Counted from the stretch's first letter, positions 9,882-20,204 are shown. The stretch: DNA of 64,000 nt from Candidatus Hermodarchaeota archaeon (GCA_048885525.1 JBHLLP010000005.1:1-64000), one strand, 5' to 3'. A program made the numbers and translations. Notes: generated by a model not told the origin, from the sequence alone.

Positions 9882-12644
9882 ATGACTGAATCTGATAAAA
9901 AAGCAGCTGGTGATAAAATCAAGGGAACAACTTCAATAGAGTTGCTTAAAAAAGTAAATACTGCTGCTAACTATTGTTATAATTGTAATCGTTGTAATAA
10001 TGTATGCCCAACCGCTTTTCTTGATATATTTTATCCTCGTAGCCTAATTACTGATTTAACTTTTCTCACACCAGAAGAGGCATTACAGAATAATGATATT
10101 TGGAAATGTCTTACCTGTGGTTTATGTTCCATTTATTGTCCTATGACTAAAGAAAATACTGGAGTCAATTTCAATCAAATCATTAAGGATCTCCGCTCCC
10201 TTGCTTCAGAGTATAAACCATTACAAGATGGATTGTTAAGCTGTAATCATGAAAGAGTGTATTCGAGTTTACCAAAATTAATGGCTGAAGATAAAATCAA
10301 ATTTACGAATAAAATAGGATTTCTAAAGGGAACAGGATTAAAGACAGCCGAAAAAGGAGAAATTGGTTATTTTATGGGATGTGTACCATTCTTATCAGGG
10401 ACTGCTCCCTGTGTCGTTGGATGTCCTGCTGGAGTTGACGTCCAAGGTTATGTATCATTAATAGCAGAGGGTAAATACCAAGAAGCTTTAGATCTTATAA
10501 GAGAAACAAATCCATTGCCCTATTTATGTGGAAGAATTTGTACAGCTCAATGCGCATTAAATTGTAATCGTCAGCATTTAGATGATCCAATAGCTATCCG
10601 TGAACTTAAACGTTTTGTTTGCGATTGGGAATCTAACCATCCAAATCAGAGTAAAATAAAACCAGTACCCCAAACTAAAGAAAAAGTTGCTATAATTGGA
10701 GCTGGGCCAGGTGGATTATCAGCAGCGTATTTTCTCGCAAGAATGGGATATAAACCAACAGTTTTCGAAAAAGGTGATAAAACTGGAGGAGTGGTAAGAT
10801 ATGGAGTTCCACAATATAGGCTTTCTGATGAGGCTCTTGATTATGATGTAGAATTTATAAAAAGTATGGGAGTAGAAATTGTTTTAAAGAAAGAATTTGG
10901 ACCAGATTTCACCTTGGAAGACATTTGGGAGCAAGGATTCAAAGCCGTCTTTTTAGCAGTAGGATTATATGTCCCGAAAACTTTAAGACTTGAAGGGGAA
11001 GATTTGCCTAACGTCGATGTGGGATTAGATTTTCTTTTAGAACGAAAATATAAATGTTCAGAAAACCCAGAAGAATTTAAAGGTAAAACATTTGGTATTT
11101 TAGGAGGTGGTGCTGTTGCTGTGGATGTTGGAGAAACTGTTCTTCGATTAGGCGCAACTAAAGCTCATCTTGTAGATATATTATCTGAAGAAGCTTTAAA
11201 AAATGTACTTAAAGACATACATGAAGCTGAAAAAGAAGTAATGCAGTATCATTTTGAGACATCAACAGTAAAAATAACTAAAGAACCAGATGGAAGATTA
11301 GCCTTAAATTGTCATAAAATTGAATGGGGTAAGCCTGATCCCAAAACTGGAAGACGACCCCTCAATAAAATCGAAGGTTCAGAGTTTAAAATTGTTGTTG
11401 ACCGTGTTGTAATAGCTATAGGTCAGGCGCTTGATCCAGAACCACTCCTTGCCGCAACGGATAACCAATTAAAAGTTGAAAGGGGTAAAATTGTAGTTGA
11501 TGATTTAACTTACGAAACGGGTATTCCAGGATTTTTTGCTGGCGGTGATATTATTTATAGTTCATTAATGTGTGCTGTTGATGCTATTGGAGATGGTAGA
11601 GAAGCAGCTTATACAATTGATCGTTATCTTCGAGGTCTCGATTTAAAAGAAGGAAGAATAAGAAAGAATGATCTAAAAAGGTCCACTATTCCTAAAAAAT
11701 ATATCCTCACTCAATCATGTCAAGACATGAATTTCATGCCTAGTTCTGAGAGATTAGTCTGCTTTGACGAGATGGAATTAGGTTTTACTGAAGAACAAGC
11801 CAAAAAAGAAGCTAATCGATGTTTAAACTGTAATTGTTGTTGTAATACTGACCAGATACCTGAAGATTTTGAAAAAGCACTAGACGATTCAGATGTTATG
11901 GTATGCGATTATGGAAGTCAAGATACTTGGTCCTCAATAAATGCACCTAATTATTATGAGATACCCAAGAGTGTAATTGGTCTATTAAATCAAAATGATA
12001 TAATTCCAGTTGTTCTACCACAAGAAAAATGCTGTGGACATGATAGTGTTTGGCAAGGAGATGTAGGTACATTTAAAGCTTTAGCAGAATATAATATAAA
12101 ATTATTTAAAGATGCTGGAGTCAAAACTATAATCTTTAGTTGCGCTGAAGGATATTATACATGGAAAAATGATTATAAAAAGCTATTTGAAGGTAATAAT
12201 GAGTTTGATTTTGAGATTTATCATATTACTGAATATATTCTTAAAAAAAATCTCTTAGAAAATATAACATTTCCAACTTTTGACAAAATCAAAGCGACTT
12301 ACCATGATCCATGTAGACTTGGGAGATTGAGCAATATTTTCGATGCACCACGCGATGTATTGAAACTTATACCTTCTGTTGAATTAGTTGAAATGGAAGA
12401 TTCTAAGCAAGATGCAGATTGTTGTGGCGTTTCTGCATATATTTCTTGCAATCAAGATTCAAAAAAATTCCAGGAGAATAAGATTTTGCAGGCGATAGAA
12501 ACTGGAGCAGAATACCTTATTACCGCATGCCCTAAATGTATTACCCATTTAAATTGTTATCTGAATGAAAATAGAGAATTAAAAAATAAAATAAAAGTCA
12601 CAGATATTTTAAGTTTCATTGGAAAATTACTCTTTCTACTTTAA
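9882..12644 (+). CDS. HdrD-like protein (2x[4Fe-4S] plus CCG domains) with an inserted GltD/NfnB-like FAD/NAD(P) module
   Basis: CYNCNRCNNVCP and CLTCGLCSIYCP; APCVVGCPAG..CGRICTAQC; IIGAGPGG; GFFAGGD; EKCCG, YHDPCRLGR, DCCG and TACPKC. Confidence 0.88.
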   Translation: MTESDKKAAGDKIKGTTSIELLKKVNTAANYCYNCNRCNNVCPTAFLDIFYPRSLITDLTFLTPEEALQNNDIWKCLTCGLCSIYCPMTKENTGVNFNQIIKDLRSLASEYKPLQDGLLSCNHERVYSSLPKLMAEDKIKFTNKIGFLKGTGLKTAEKGEIGYFMGCVPFLSGTAPCVVGCPAGVDVQGYVSLIAEGKYQEALDLIRETNPLPYLCGRICTAQCALNCNRQHLDDPIAIRELKRFVCDWESNHPNQSKIKPVPQTKEKVAIIGAGPGGLSAAYFLARMGYKPTVFEKGDKTGGVVRYGVPQYRLSDEALDYDVEFIKSMGVEIVLKKEFGPDFTLEDIWEQGFKAVFLAVGLYVPKTLRLEGEDLPNVDVGLDFLLERKYKCSENPEEFKGKTFGILGGGAVAVDVGETVLRLGATKAHLVDILSEEALKNVLKDIHEAEKEVMQYHFETSTVKITKEPDGRLALNCHKIEWGKPDPKTGRRPLNKIEGSEFKIVVDRVVIAIGQALDPEPLLAATDNQLKVERGKIVVDDLTYETGIPGFFAGGDIIYSSLMCAVDAIGDGREAAYTIDRYLRGLDLKEGRIRKNDLKRSTIPKKYILTQSCQDMNFMPSSERLVCFDEMELGFTEEQAKKEANRCLNCNCCCNTDQIPEDFEKALDDSDVMVCDYGSQDTWSSINAPNYYEIPKSVIGLLNQNDIIPVVLPQEKCCGHDSVWQGDVGTFKALAEYNIKLFKDAGVKTIIFSCAEGYYTWKNDYKKLFEGNNEFDFEIYHITEYILKKNLLENITFPTFDKIKATYHDPCRLGRLSNIFDAPRDVLKLIPSVELVEMEDSKQDADCCGVSAYISCNQDSKKFQENKILQAIETGAEYLITACPKCITHLNCYLNENRELKNKIKVTDILSFIGKLLFLL
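12603..12644 (+). repeat. Gene-tail direct repeat A1 (3' end of the hdrD-like gene)
   Basis: GATATTTTAAGTTTCATTGGAAAATTACTCTTTCTACTTTAA matches 14556-14597 at 33/42 nt. Confidence 0.85.
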
Positions 12645-12761
12645 ATTATTACTATTTCAATATTTTTAGTACTAATATTTTTAACTTTATATATAAACTT
12701 AAAAAGAATAATAACTTAAAGTAATGTCAAAGGGTAATTTTCAAAAAAATTATTGATAATT

Positions 12762-14546
12762 ATGAGTGAAAACGAAATAGCATGGGATTTAAGCGAAATA
12801 TTTTCAAGTTGTGACGACCCTAAAATTTCAAGTACTATGAGTACACTTTTGGAACAAGCAGATGAACTTGCTAATGAATTTAAAGGAAAAATGAACTTAC
12901 CCTCGTTTTCAGCACAAAATTTAAATGTTCTCTTAGAAAAACAAGAAAAAATTCTAGCTTGTGTTGAAGAAATTGAAACTTTTTCATTCAACTCATTCTA
13001 TGCTAATATGATGTTGCCTGAAACTAAGGCTTTGTATAATAAATTTATTGATTTTAAAGGTACGATAACCAAGAAATTAGCATTCCTCGAATTAGAAATC
13101 GGTAAGCTTCTTAGCAACAATCCGCAGATGCTAGAGGAGGAAATATTAAGTAATTATAGAAATTATCTTAGAAAAATAATGAGAAAGTTTCCTTATAAGC
13201 TGACGGAAACAGAAGAACAGTTAATTCTAGAAAAAGATCAGTATGGGGTCAAGGCATGGCAGCAATTAAGAGATTCTTGGATAAGTGGGCAAAAATTTAA
13301 AGTTATTGTTGAGGGGAAGGAAGAAATAATATCTCCTAGTGAAGTATTTTCATTAATGCGACATCCCGATAGACAAACTAGAACGTCCGTCTTCCATGCA
13401 AATTGTGAATTCTTGAAAGACAATGAAAGAGTATATTCAACAGCATTACGTAGTATCTGTGGTGATTGGGTAAAAACTTCAAATCATAGACATTATGATA
13501 GTCCAATCCATCAAAGTCTTATTGAAAATGAGACTACTCGAAAAATCATTGACAGTATGATGAAATCAGTCGAGGAAAGCATTGATTTATGGCAAAGGTT
13601 CTTAAAAATCAAAAAAAACCTGTTCGATCTACCAAAACTGGGTGGTGTAGATACATGGGCGCGTTTACCTTCAAAGAAAAAATATTCATGGGAGGAAGCA
13701 AAGGAATTCATAATTCAAGTATATAATACGTTTGATCTTTCATTCGGAGAAATTGTAAGAGATATTTTCAACAGAAATCATATAGATGCTAGTGCTCGAG
13801 AAGGGAAAGCAAGCATGATTTACTGTCAAGAATGGTATAATGGAAAATCAGCTTTTATTTTAACCACCTTTAAAGGAACTCTAGGAGACATTGTTCCACT
13901 TGCTCACGAGTTAGGACATGGAATTCATTTTTATTTATCTTCTCGAAATCAATCATTTATAAATTATTTTCCAACCTTAACAGTGATGGAGACCGCTTCA
14001 ATTTTTGGTGAATTATTAATGACAGACTTCTTACTTAAAAACACTCAGTTAACCAGTGAAAAAGTAGCATTGCTTTATAATCAACTAAATTGGGTTGGAA
14101 TTACTATTTTCCTACTAAGTGCAAGAATGTGGTTTGAACAGAGTATTTATGATGCAATTATGAATGGAGAATTTTTAGATGGAGAATTGATTTCAAAGTA
14201 TTGGTGTATTGCCAGAGATAAGATTTATGGAGATTCTGTAGAGTGGTTTGATGAGATGAAATGGGAATGGGCTGCTGTGACGCATTATTTCCTAACAGAT
14301 AGAAGATTCTACAATTATCCATATGTTTATGCCCAGCTTTTTGTTTATGCATTATACCAAACTTACAAAAAAGAAGGCGAAGCATTCGTTCCAAAATTTA
14401 AAAAACTTTTAAGCGCTGGGAGCAGTTTATCTCCCGATGAGCTAGGTAAGATCGTGGGTTTGGATGTAACTAAACCTGATTTTTGGAAACATGGAATGAA
14501 ACAATATAAGCAATTTGTAGATGAGTTAGAAAAACTTACAAAATAA
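12762..14546 (+). CDS. pepF: Oligoendopeptidase F (M3B family)
   Basis: WDLSEIF N-terminus, HELGHGIH zinc motif, ETASIFGE and FYNYPYVYA. ATG 12762 chosen over TTG 12753. Confidence 0.92.
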   Translation: MSENEIAWDLSEIFSSCDDPKISSTMSTLLEQADELANEFKGKMNLPSFSAQNLNVLLEKQEKILACVEEIETFSFNSFYANMMLPETKALYNKFIDFKGTITKKLAFLELEIGKLLSNNPQMLEEEILSNYRNYLRKIMRKFPYKLTETEEQLILEKDQYGVKAWQQLRDSWISGQKFKVIVEGKEEIISPSEVFSLMRHPDRQTRTSVFHANCEFLKDNERVYSTALRSICGDWVKTSNHRHYDSPIHQSLIENETTRKIIDSMMKSVEESIDLWQRFLKIKKNLFDLPKLGGVDTWARLPSKKKYSWEEAKEFIIQVYNTFDLSFGEIVRDIFNRNHIDASAREGKASMIYCQEWYNGKSAFILTTFKGTLGDIVPLAHELGHGIHFYLSSRNQSFINYFPTLTVMETASIFGELLMTDFLLKNTQLTSEKVALLYNQLNWVGITIFLLSARMWFEQSIYDAIMNGEFLDGELISKYWCIARDKIYGDSVEWFDEMKWEWAAVTHYFLTDRRFYNYPYVYAQLFVYALYQTYKKEGEAFVPKFKKLLSAGSSLSPDELGKIVGLDVTKPDFWKHGMKQYKQFVDELEKLTK

Positions 14547-14555
14547 CTGATAATC

Positions 14556-14597
14556 GATCTTGTTAGCTTTATCGGAAAACTACTCTTTTTAGTTTAA
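14556..14597 (+). repeat. Gene-tail direct repeat A2 (orphan copy)
   Basis: Reads DLVSFIGKLLFLV* against DILSFIGKLLFLL* at the end of the hdrD-like gene. Confidence 0.85.
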
Positions 14598-14798
14598 TTT
14601 ATCTATATAATATATTTTATTTACAAATTTGTAAATTCATTGACTTCAAATTACTCTTTATTCTCTATGTTTTATGTTTAGATATTTTAAACAGAGACTT
14701 TTTTGGACTTAAGAAGAAACCTAATAAATATTGATACTTTATTTTTTCATAATTATTTTCTATCAAAAAATAACTCATAAATAATAGTGAATTTTGAA

Positions 14799-16724
14799 AT
14801 GAGTAAAACTAAGGAAATAGCAGTTCCTGATAAAGTAAAAGGTTTTACCCAAGTTCGACTTGACGTTGATCTAACAGATGGAAAAATTAGCAAAAGCGCA
14901 TTATCTAATGAATTCTGTCGCGATTGGATTGGCGGTTACGGTTTCGGTGCAAAAATTCTTTGGGATGAATGTCCTGCTGGTGTAGACCCATTAAGCCCTG
15001 ATAATGTTTTCGTTTATGCACAAGGGCCCTTTCCAGGAACAATCTTACCTACTTCTAGTAAATATGGAGTATTTGCTAAGTCCCCCTTAACAGGAATGTT
15101 TGGGATGGCAATCTCTTCTGGATCTGTTGCTGCTCAAGCTAGACGTGCTGGAATTAATACGATTGTGGTTAAAGGTAAAGCATCAGAACCTGTTTATATG
15201 GTTGTTGATGATGATGATTATTATTTAGTACAATGTAAAGATACATTATGGGGGAAAGGATGCTGGGAAACAGAAGAAATTCTGAGAGATGAATTTCAGG
15301 ATCATCGTCTTGGAATACTGACTATTGGTCCAGGAGGAGAACGCGGAGGTCATATGGGATGTATTACTAATGATCGCAATAGACAAGCTGGAAGAACTGG
15401 AATGGGTGCAATTATGGGCTCAAAGAATCTTAAAGCGATATGTTTTAGAGGAACCAAAGGGATTAGTGTTGCTCGTCCTGTTGAATTCTTTAAATTAGCA
15501 AAAAAGTTAATAAAAGTAGCAAATGGACCTGCTACTGCTAAATATCGTGATTTAGGCACACCTGCCGGTATAACCAGTTATAACAAGCTTGGAATGATGC
15601 CCACTTTTAATCATCGTGAAGGCACATGGGACAAAGTTGACGATGGAACCTTTACAGGTGATACACTTAATCAAGATTGGGTTGTAAAGAAAGTTGCGTG
15701 TTCTCAATGTTCTATAGCTTGTGATCACATAACGAAGATACCAAAAGATCATCCACATTGGCCTAATCTCTATTCAAGTATCGATCAAGAATTATGTTAT
15801 AGTTTTGGATCTGCATGTGGAAACTATGATTGGCCAACTGTATTCAAATGTGTGTCATTAACTGATGATTTAGGTGTTGATGCAATAAGTGCGGGAGTAA
15901 CAGCCGCAATGGCATGTGAATGCTATGAAGAAGGGATTATAACAAAAGATGATTTAGGTTATGAATTACCTTTTGGATCTACAGTTAATCTCGTAAGATT
16001 CACAGAAGAGATGATTCTTGGTAAGGGATTTGCAGGTAAGATTTTTGGAGATGGAACACGTGAAGCGGGAAAACGTTTAGAAGAAATGGGTAGAAAAAAT
16101 GCAAGCTACTATGGTATGCATATTAAAGGCTTGGAAATACCCGCTTTTGATGTTCATGGTATGAATAGTTTTGCAGTTGGAATGAGTGTATCTATTCGCG
16201 GTGCATGTCATCTAAGGAATGGTTCTTATGGACTTGATGCTAAAGGTAATTTTGACCGGTTCGGTTATGACAAACCTGTTGAAAGAGGTAAAGCAATTAA
16301 AGATTTAGAGGATATCTATGCCATTATTGATTCTTATATAGTGTGTAAATTTACTCGAGGTATTTATGAAAATGACGCTGAAATGGCTAAAGTATTTGAA
16401 TTAGTTACAGGAATCCCCGTAACTGATAAATTTATAGCACATAGAGGAGACGCAATTGTTACACTTTCGAAGTGCTTTAATATTCGAGAAGGATGGACTA
16501 GAGACGATGATAAACCTCCCGAGCGATTCTTCAAGCAACCACATACAAAGGGACCAGCTAAGGGAGTTACTTTAAAGGAAGATGGCTATCAGAAACTTTT
16601 GAGTGGTTATTATGAAGCTCGAGGCTGGGACACTAAGACAGGGATTCCAACTGATGCAACTTTGAAATCTCTTGGATTAGATTTTGTAATTGGTAAATTA
16701 AATGTCGCGGGAGGGAAGAAATAA
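14799..16724 (+). CDS. aor: Tungsten-type aldehyde:ferredoxin oxidoreductase family protein
   Basis: DPLSPDN, KSPLTG, AGRTGMGAIMGSKNLKAI, CSQCSIAC, GVDAIS, RGACH and YYEARGWD. Confidence 0.92.
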   Translation: MSKTKEIAVPDKVKGFTQVRLDVDLTDGKISKSALSNEFCRDWIGGYGFGAKILWDECPAGVDPLSPDNVFVYAQGPFPGTILPTSSKYGVFAKSPLTGMFGMAISSGSVAAQARRAGINTIVVKGKASEPVYMVVDDDDYYLVQCKDTLWGKGCWETEEILRDEFQDHRLGILTIGPGGERGGHMGCITNDRNRQAGRTGMGAIMGSKNLKAICFRGTKGISVARPVEFFKLAKKLIKVANGPATAKYRDLGTPAGITSYNKLGMMPTFNHREGTWDKVDDGTFTGDTLNQDWVVKKVACSQCSIACDHITKIPKDHPHWPNLYSSIDQELCYSFGSACGNYDWPTVFKCVSLTDDLGVDAISAGVTAAMACECYEEGIITKDDLGYELPFGSTVNLVRFTEEMILGKGFAGKIFGDGTREAGKRLEEMGRKNASYYGMHIKGLEIPAFDVHGMNSFAVGMSVSIRGACHLRNGSYGLDAKGNFDRFGYDKPVERGKAIKDLEDIYAIIDSYIVCKFTRGIYENDAEMAKVFELVTGIPVTDKFIAHRGDAIVTLSKCFNIREGWTRDDDKPPERFFKQPHTKGPAKGVTLKEDGYQKLLSGYYEARGWDTKTGIPTDATLKSLGLDFVIGKLNVAGGKK

Positions 16725-17285
16725 ATGTCAAAAGCCAAAACAACTAAAAAAAGAGGTGGGGTAGTTCACCAATTTATCATTGTCGATCCAAATTTGTGCA
16801 CTGGTTGCGAAACTTGTGAATCAGTGTGTTCATTTGTTCATGATGGAGAGTTTAACCCTATTAATACGAGAATTCACAGAGTAAGAATTGAACCCATCTT
16901 AAATGTAGCATTAGCATGTCAGAAGTGCGATGATGCTCCATGTGTTCGAAGTTGTCCAGAAAAAGCCTTAGAACAAGATAAAGAAACAGGTTCAATTATC
17001 GTTGATGATGACAAATGTAATGGATGTGCTTTTTGTATTCGTGCGTGTGATTTTGGTGTTCTAAGCTTACATATTCAATCTCAGAAGGCTCTAATTTGTG
17101 ATCTTTGTGAAACAATGAAGGATGATTATATAGATCCTGAAAGGGGTGAAAAATATCCTGCTTGTATCGATGTCTGTCCAAAAGAAGCTATCTCATTAAA
17201 AGATGTAGAACAAATTGGTGAAGAGAAACGAATTGATGCGGTAAAACGACTTTTTGGAGATATTCTAAAAGAAACTGAAGGTTAA
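16725..17285 (+). CDS. AOR-associated 4x[4Fe-4S] electron-transfer protein
   Basis: CTGCETCESVC, CQKCDDAPCVRSCP, CNGCAFCIRAC and CDLC..PACIDVCP. Directly abuts the aor stop codon. Confidence 0.9.
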   Translation: MSKAKTTKKRGGVVHQFIIVDPNLCTGCETCESVCSFVHDGEFNPINTRIHRVRIEPILNVALACQKCDDAPCVRSCPEKALEQDKETGSIIVDDDKCNGCAFCIRACDFGVLSLHIQSQKALICDLCETMKDDYIDPERGEKYPACIDVCPKEAISLKDVEQIGEEKRIDAVKRLFGDILKETEG

Positions 17286-17287
17286 AT
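17268..17287 (+). repeat. Gene-tail direct repeat B1
   Basis: AAAGAAACTGAAGGTTAAAT matches 17837-17856 at 19/20 nt. Confidence 0.75.
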
Positions 17288-17509
17288 AATATCTTTTTAT
17301 TCTTTATTTTTTTATAGATTTAATATGAAAGACTTTAAGATTATTTTATCGATAAAATGTATAGAACTATATCAAGATTAATCTAATTATGTAAATGAGT
17401 CTTGGTACTTCAAGATTCTTGATTGTTTAACCAGAACATTTATATATTGAAATAAGTTCTTATACTTTTGAAAAATTTAAAAAAATATTTTTTGAAGGAC
17501 AGTTAAACT

Positions 17510-17821
17510 ATGGACCCAGGTCTCATTGGGCTTATTGTTGGCATCGTAGGTTCAGCTATCGGAGTGTTAGGGGGCGTTATTGGAATTTATCTATCTATTA
17601 AACGCACAAAAACCACCGCTGAGCGAAAATTTGTAATTAAATGCACTCTGGCTGCGTGGATAGCGGTCACTCTGTTAATAATTTTACCACTTTTACTTTC
17701 TCTTGCTGGATTAATTCCACAATGGATTTATTGGATAGCATCAATCTTGTTTTATATCTTGCTTATATCATCAATCTTCTGGGCAAATAAGTATCAAGCG
17801 ACACTACGAGAGCAACACTAA
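17510..17821 (+). CDS. Small 3-TM membrane protein
   Basis: Gly-rich TM1 (GLIVGIVGSAIGVLGGVIG) plus two more hydrophobic helices. Lies between repeats B1 and B2. Confidence 0.8.
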   Translation: MDPGLIGLIVGIVGSAIGVLGGVIGIYLSIKRTKTTAERKFVIKCTLAAWIAVTLLIILPLLLSLAGLIPQWIYWIASILFYILLISSIFWANKYQATLREQH

Positions 17822-17836
17822 GTCTCAGTCAATATT

Positions 17837-17856
17837 AAAGAAACTGAAGCTTAAAT
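17837..17856 (+). repeat. Gene-tail direct repeat B2 (orphan copy)
   Basis: AAAGAAACTGAAGCTTAAAT reads KETEA* against KETEG*. Confidence 0.75.
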
Positions 17857-18000
17857 TGAAATTTTTATTATTTATATTTTTTTTCTTAATCTTACTGTTT
17901 ATAAAAAAATCATATTTTGGAATCTCGAATTTAAACATTAACTTCAGGTTTTTTTAGAATAATTGGATAAAAAAAAAAATAAAAAAAAAGGGATAATATA

Positions 18001-19293
18001 TTATTCATAATCTGGCGTCTTTCCTTCAGCGACTTCTTTTTTATACCATTCATCATATGGTTCATATTCAGGTGGCGTGTACTCAATATCGGCCAAATTT
18101 TCAGCAATTGGATATTTTCCATAAATCCTTACAGCATTTATAAAAGTGTGTACATTTAAAGGAGGAGTATCAATTGGGACTTGGGTTAGACTGAAGCACA
18201 TGCTTCCTTCTCGGCCAAGATTATCAATAATTTTTTTAACGTAATTGATAATATCTTGAGGGGAAGCATCCCTTATGAAACTAGCACTACAACCAACAAA
18301 TATTGGTGGTCTCCATTTTTTTGTAATGTTTTCTTCAATATATTCCCTCATCAAATCAATAGGCCAGAGTTGAGTTTGGCCCATACCCATGATTAAAGCA
18401 GGTTTACCAATATATGACATTGCCATATTATGCCAACAATATTTCATGAGTTCGGGATCAAATCGATCTGGATTTTCTTCACAATAATCTCCACCACCTG
18501 CTGCAACTACTCTTAGTTTTTTCTTCTTAGCTTGTTTAGCAAAGTATTTATAATATGGATTAACAAATTCCTCAATTATCATCTTATTAGTATTTGGTAC
18601 TACTGCCCATGCATCAGGAGCGATGAAACTTTTGATTCCCGTTTCCTTCTTGAGAAACTCCATGAAAGGTAATAATACCTCATCAATACTCCAGGTCAGA
18701 AGTCTGTGAATGAACTCTGGATTCTTCCTAATATTTCGTATCACTCTGATATATGAGTGGATACCACAAATGAAGCTAAAAGGCGCTGTGACTATGCCAG
18801 GTCCTTTAGATCCTGTAAATTCTTCAATTGCTTTATGGCAATCTATAACAAAGGGATTGCTCCCGGAATCCTTTTCTGATATCCTCTGGATATCAACCTT
18901 TTCGATATCATCTGGATTTTTAATTAATGGATCCGATTGATCTATTGAGGGCATGTGAACACGACTCTTGAGGACCTTTCCCCCTAATGCTTCAACTTCA
19001 TAATTATAGTTTGCAGGGGGAAATAACATAGGTTGTTCGAAACCATACCACTTCTGCATGGATATCTGTACACCAGTGCAATATCGGCCATCCGTATAGA
19101 TGAACCTCTCTGGATCGGCTTTAGCCACCAACATCGAATGAACATGCATCTGGGCAGAGAGTGATGGGGCATAATCTGGTTTTCCAAACATTGAAGCTAC
19201 AGCTCTACTTCCAGGAGTAAGTTTGATGAATTTCAACCCCTTCGTATATAGGATTCCCTTCAATGCTTCTACTATAGTTGGGGACATACTCAT
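18001..19293 (-). CDS. Uroporphyrinogen-decarboxylase-family (MtaA/CmuA-like) methylcobamide methyltransferase
   Basis: YEVEALGG, APFS..IRKNPEFIHRLL, PDAWA and VPIDTPPLNVHTFINAVR. Overlaps the stop of the corrinoid gene. Confidence 0.8.
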   Translation of the reverse strand: MSMSPTIVEALKGILYTKGLKFIKLTPGSRAVASMFGKPDYAPSLSAQMHVHSMLVAKADPERFIYTDGRYCTGVQISMQKWYGFEQPMLFPPANYNYEVEALGGKVLKSRVHMPSIDQSDPLIKNPDDIEKVDIQRISEKDSGSNPFVIDCHKAIEEFTGSKGPGIVTAPFSFICGIHSYIRVIRNIRKNPEFIHRLLTWSIDEVLLPFMEFLKKETGIKSFIAPDAWAVVPNTNKMIIEEFVNPYYKYFAKQAKKKKLRVVAAGGGDYCEENPDRFDPELMKYCWHNMAMSYIGKPALIMGMGQTQLWPIDLMREYIEENITKKWRPPIFVGCSASFIRDASPQDIINYVKKIIDNLGREGSMCFSLTQVPIDTPPLNVHTFINAVRIYGKYPIAENLADIEYTPPEYEPYDEWYKKEVAEGKTPDYE

Positions 19294-19922
19294 CTCTCAC
19301 CCCCCATGAGTTTTACAGCATTTTCAGCAGCATGAACCCCATCTCTTCCCCATCCATCAGCACCAACTTCTTTCGCATACTGCTCGCTTATCCTGACGCC
19401 TCCAATCATCACTTTTAAACTAGATCTTAAACCTTCATTTTCAAGAATTTGTATGTAATCTTTAATTGTTGCAGCAGTGGTACTCATGTAAGCACCTAAC
19501 CCAACGATATCAGGTCGGACCTCCTTAACCTTTTCAATGAACTTTGTAATGGGAACATCCACACCTAAATCATGTATCTCGAATCCTGATGCCTTGAGCA
19601 TAGAACTTACAATTTCCTTACCAAGGTCATGAATATCTCCTTCAACCGAACAAATGAGAAACTTTCCTATTTTATCTCCACCAGGCTCAGTTTGATCTTT
19701 TTCAAGTATAGCCATTGCAGATTTGAAGGCCTCAGAACTCAAAATCATATCTGGAAGAAAGTATACACCTTGCTTCCAAAGTTTTCCTGCTTCAAGAATG
19801 CCTGGAATTACTGCATCCTTAATAATCTTCAAATTATTAATTCCTGATTCTAGAATGTTTTTAGCTAATTCTTCAGCTAATTCTGGATCTCCTTCTAAAA
19901 TTGATTTTTTTAATTCCTCCAT
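19290..19922 (-). CDS. Methyltransferase corrinoid (B12-binding) protein
   Basis: EGDIHDLGK (DxHxxG), DLGVDVP and VMIGG. Confidence 0.93.
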   Translation of the reverse strand: MEELKKSILEGDPELAEELAKNILESGINNLKIIKDAVIPGILEAGKLWKQGVYFLPDMILSSEAFKSAMAILEKDQTEPGGDKIGKFLICSVEGDIHDLGKEIVSSMLKASGFEIHDLGVDVPITKFIEKVKEVRPDIVGLGAYMSTTAATIKDYIQILENEGLRSSLKVMIGGVRISEQYAKEVGADGWGRDGVHAAENAVKLMGGER

Positions 19923-20204
19923 AAGATCACGTATAAAATATTTATCTAAAATTTATAACTAGTAATATTTTGATATTTGTGTATATAAATTTTAGTTCCT
20001 ATTGATATAATATAGGCATAAAACTTAATTTATTTACACTCGAGACATGTGAATCTGTTTGTTCCTTATTATTTCTATTTTATTTTTAATTTCAGCATTT
20101 ATTTAAGTAGTTATTTTAAGAGGTAAATATTCCTTTTCTGATTAGACAAAATATTAGTGATATTATCATAATTAATGTGAAGGATTAAATATTTTTCAAC
20201 TTAG

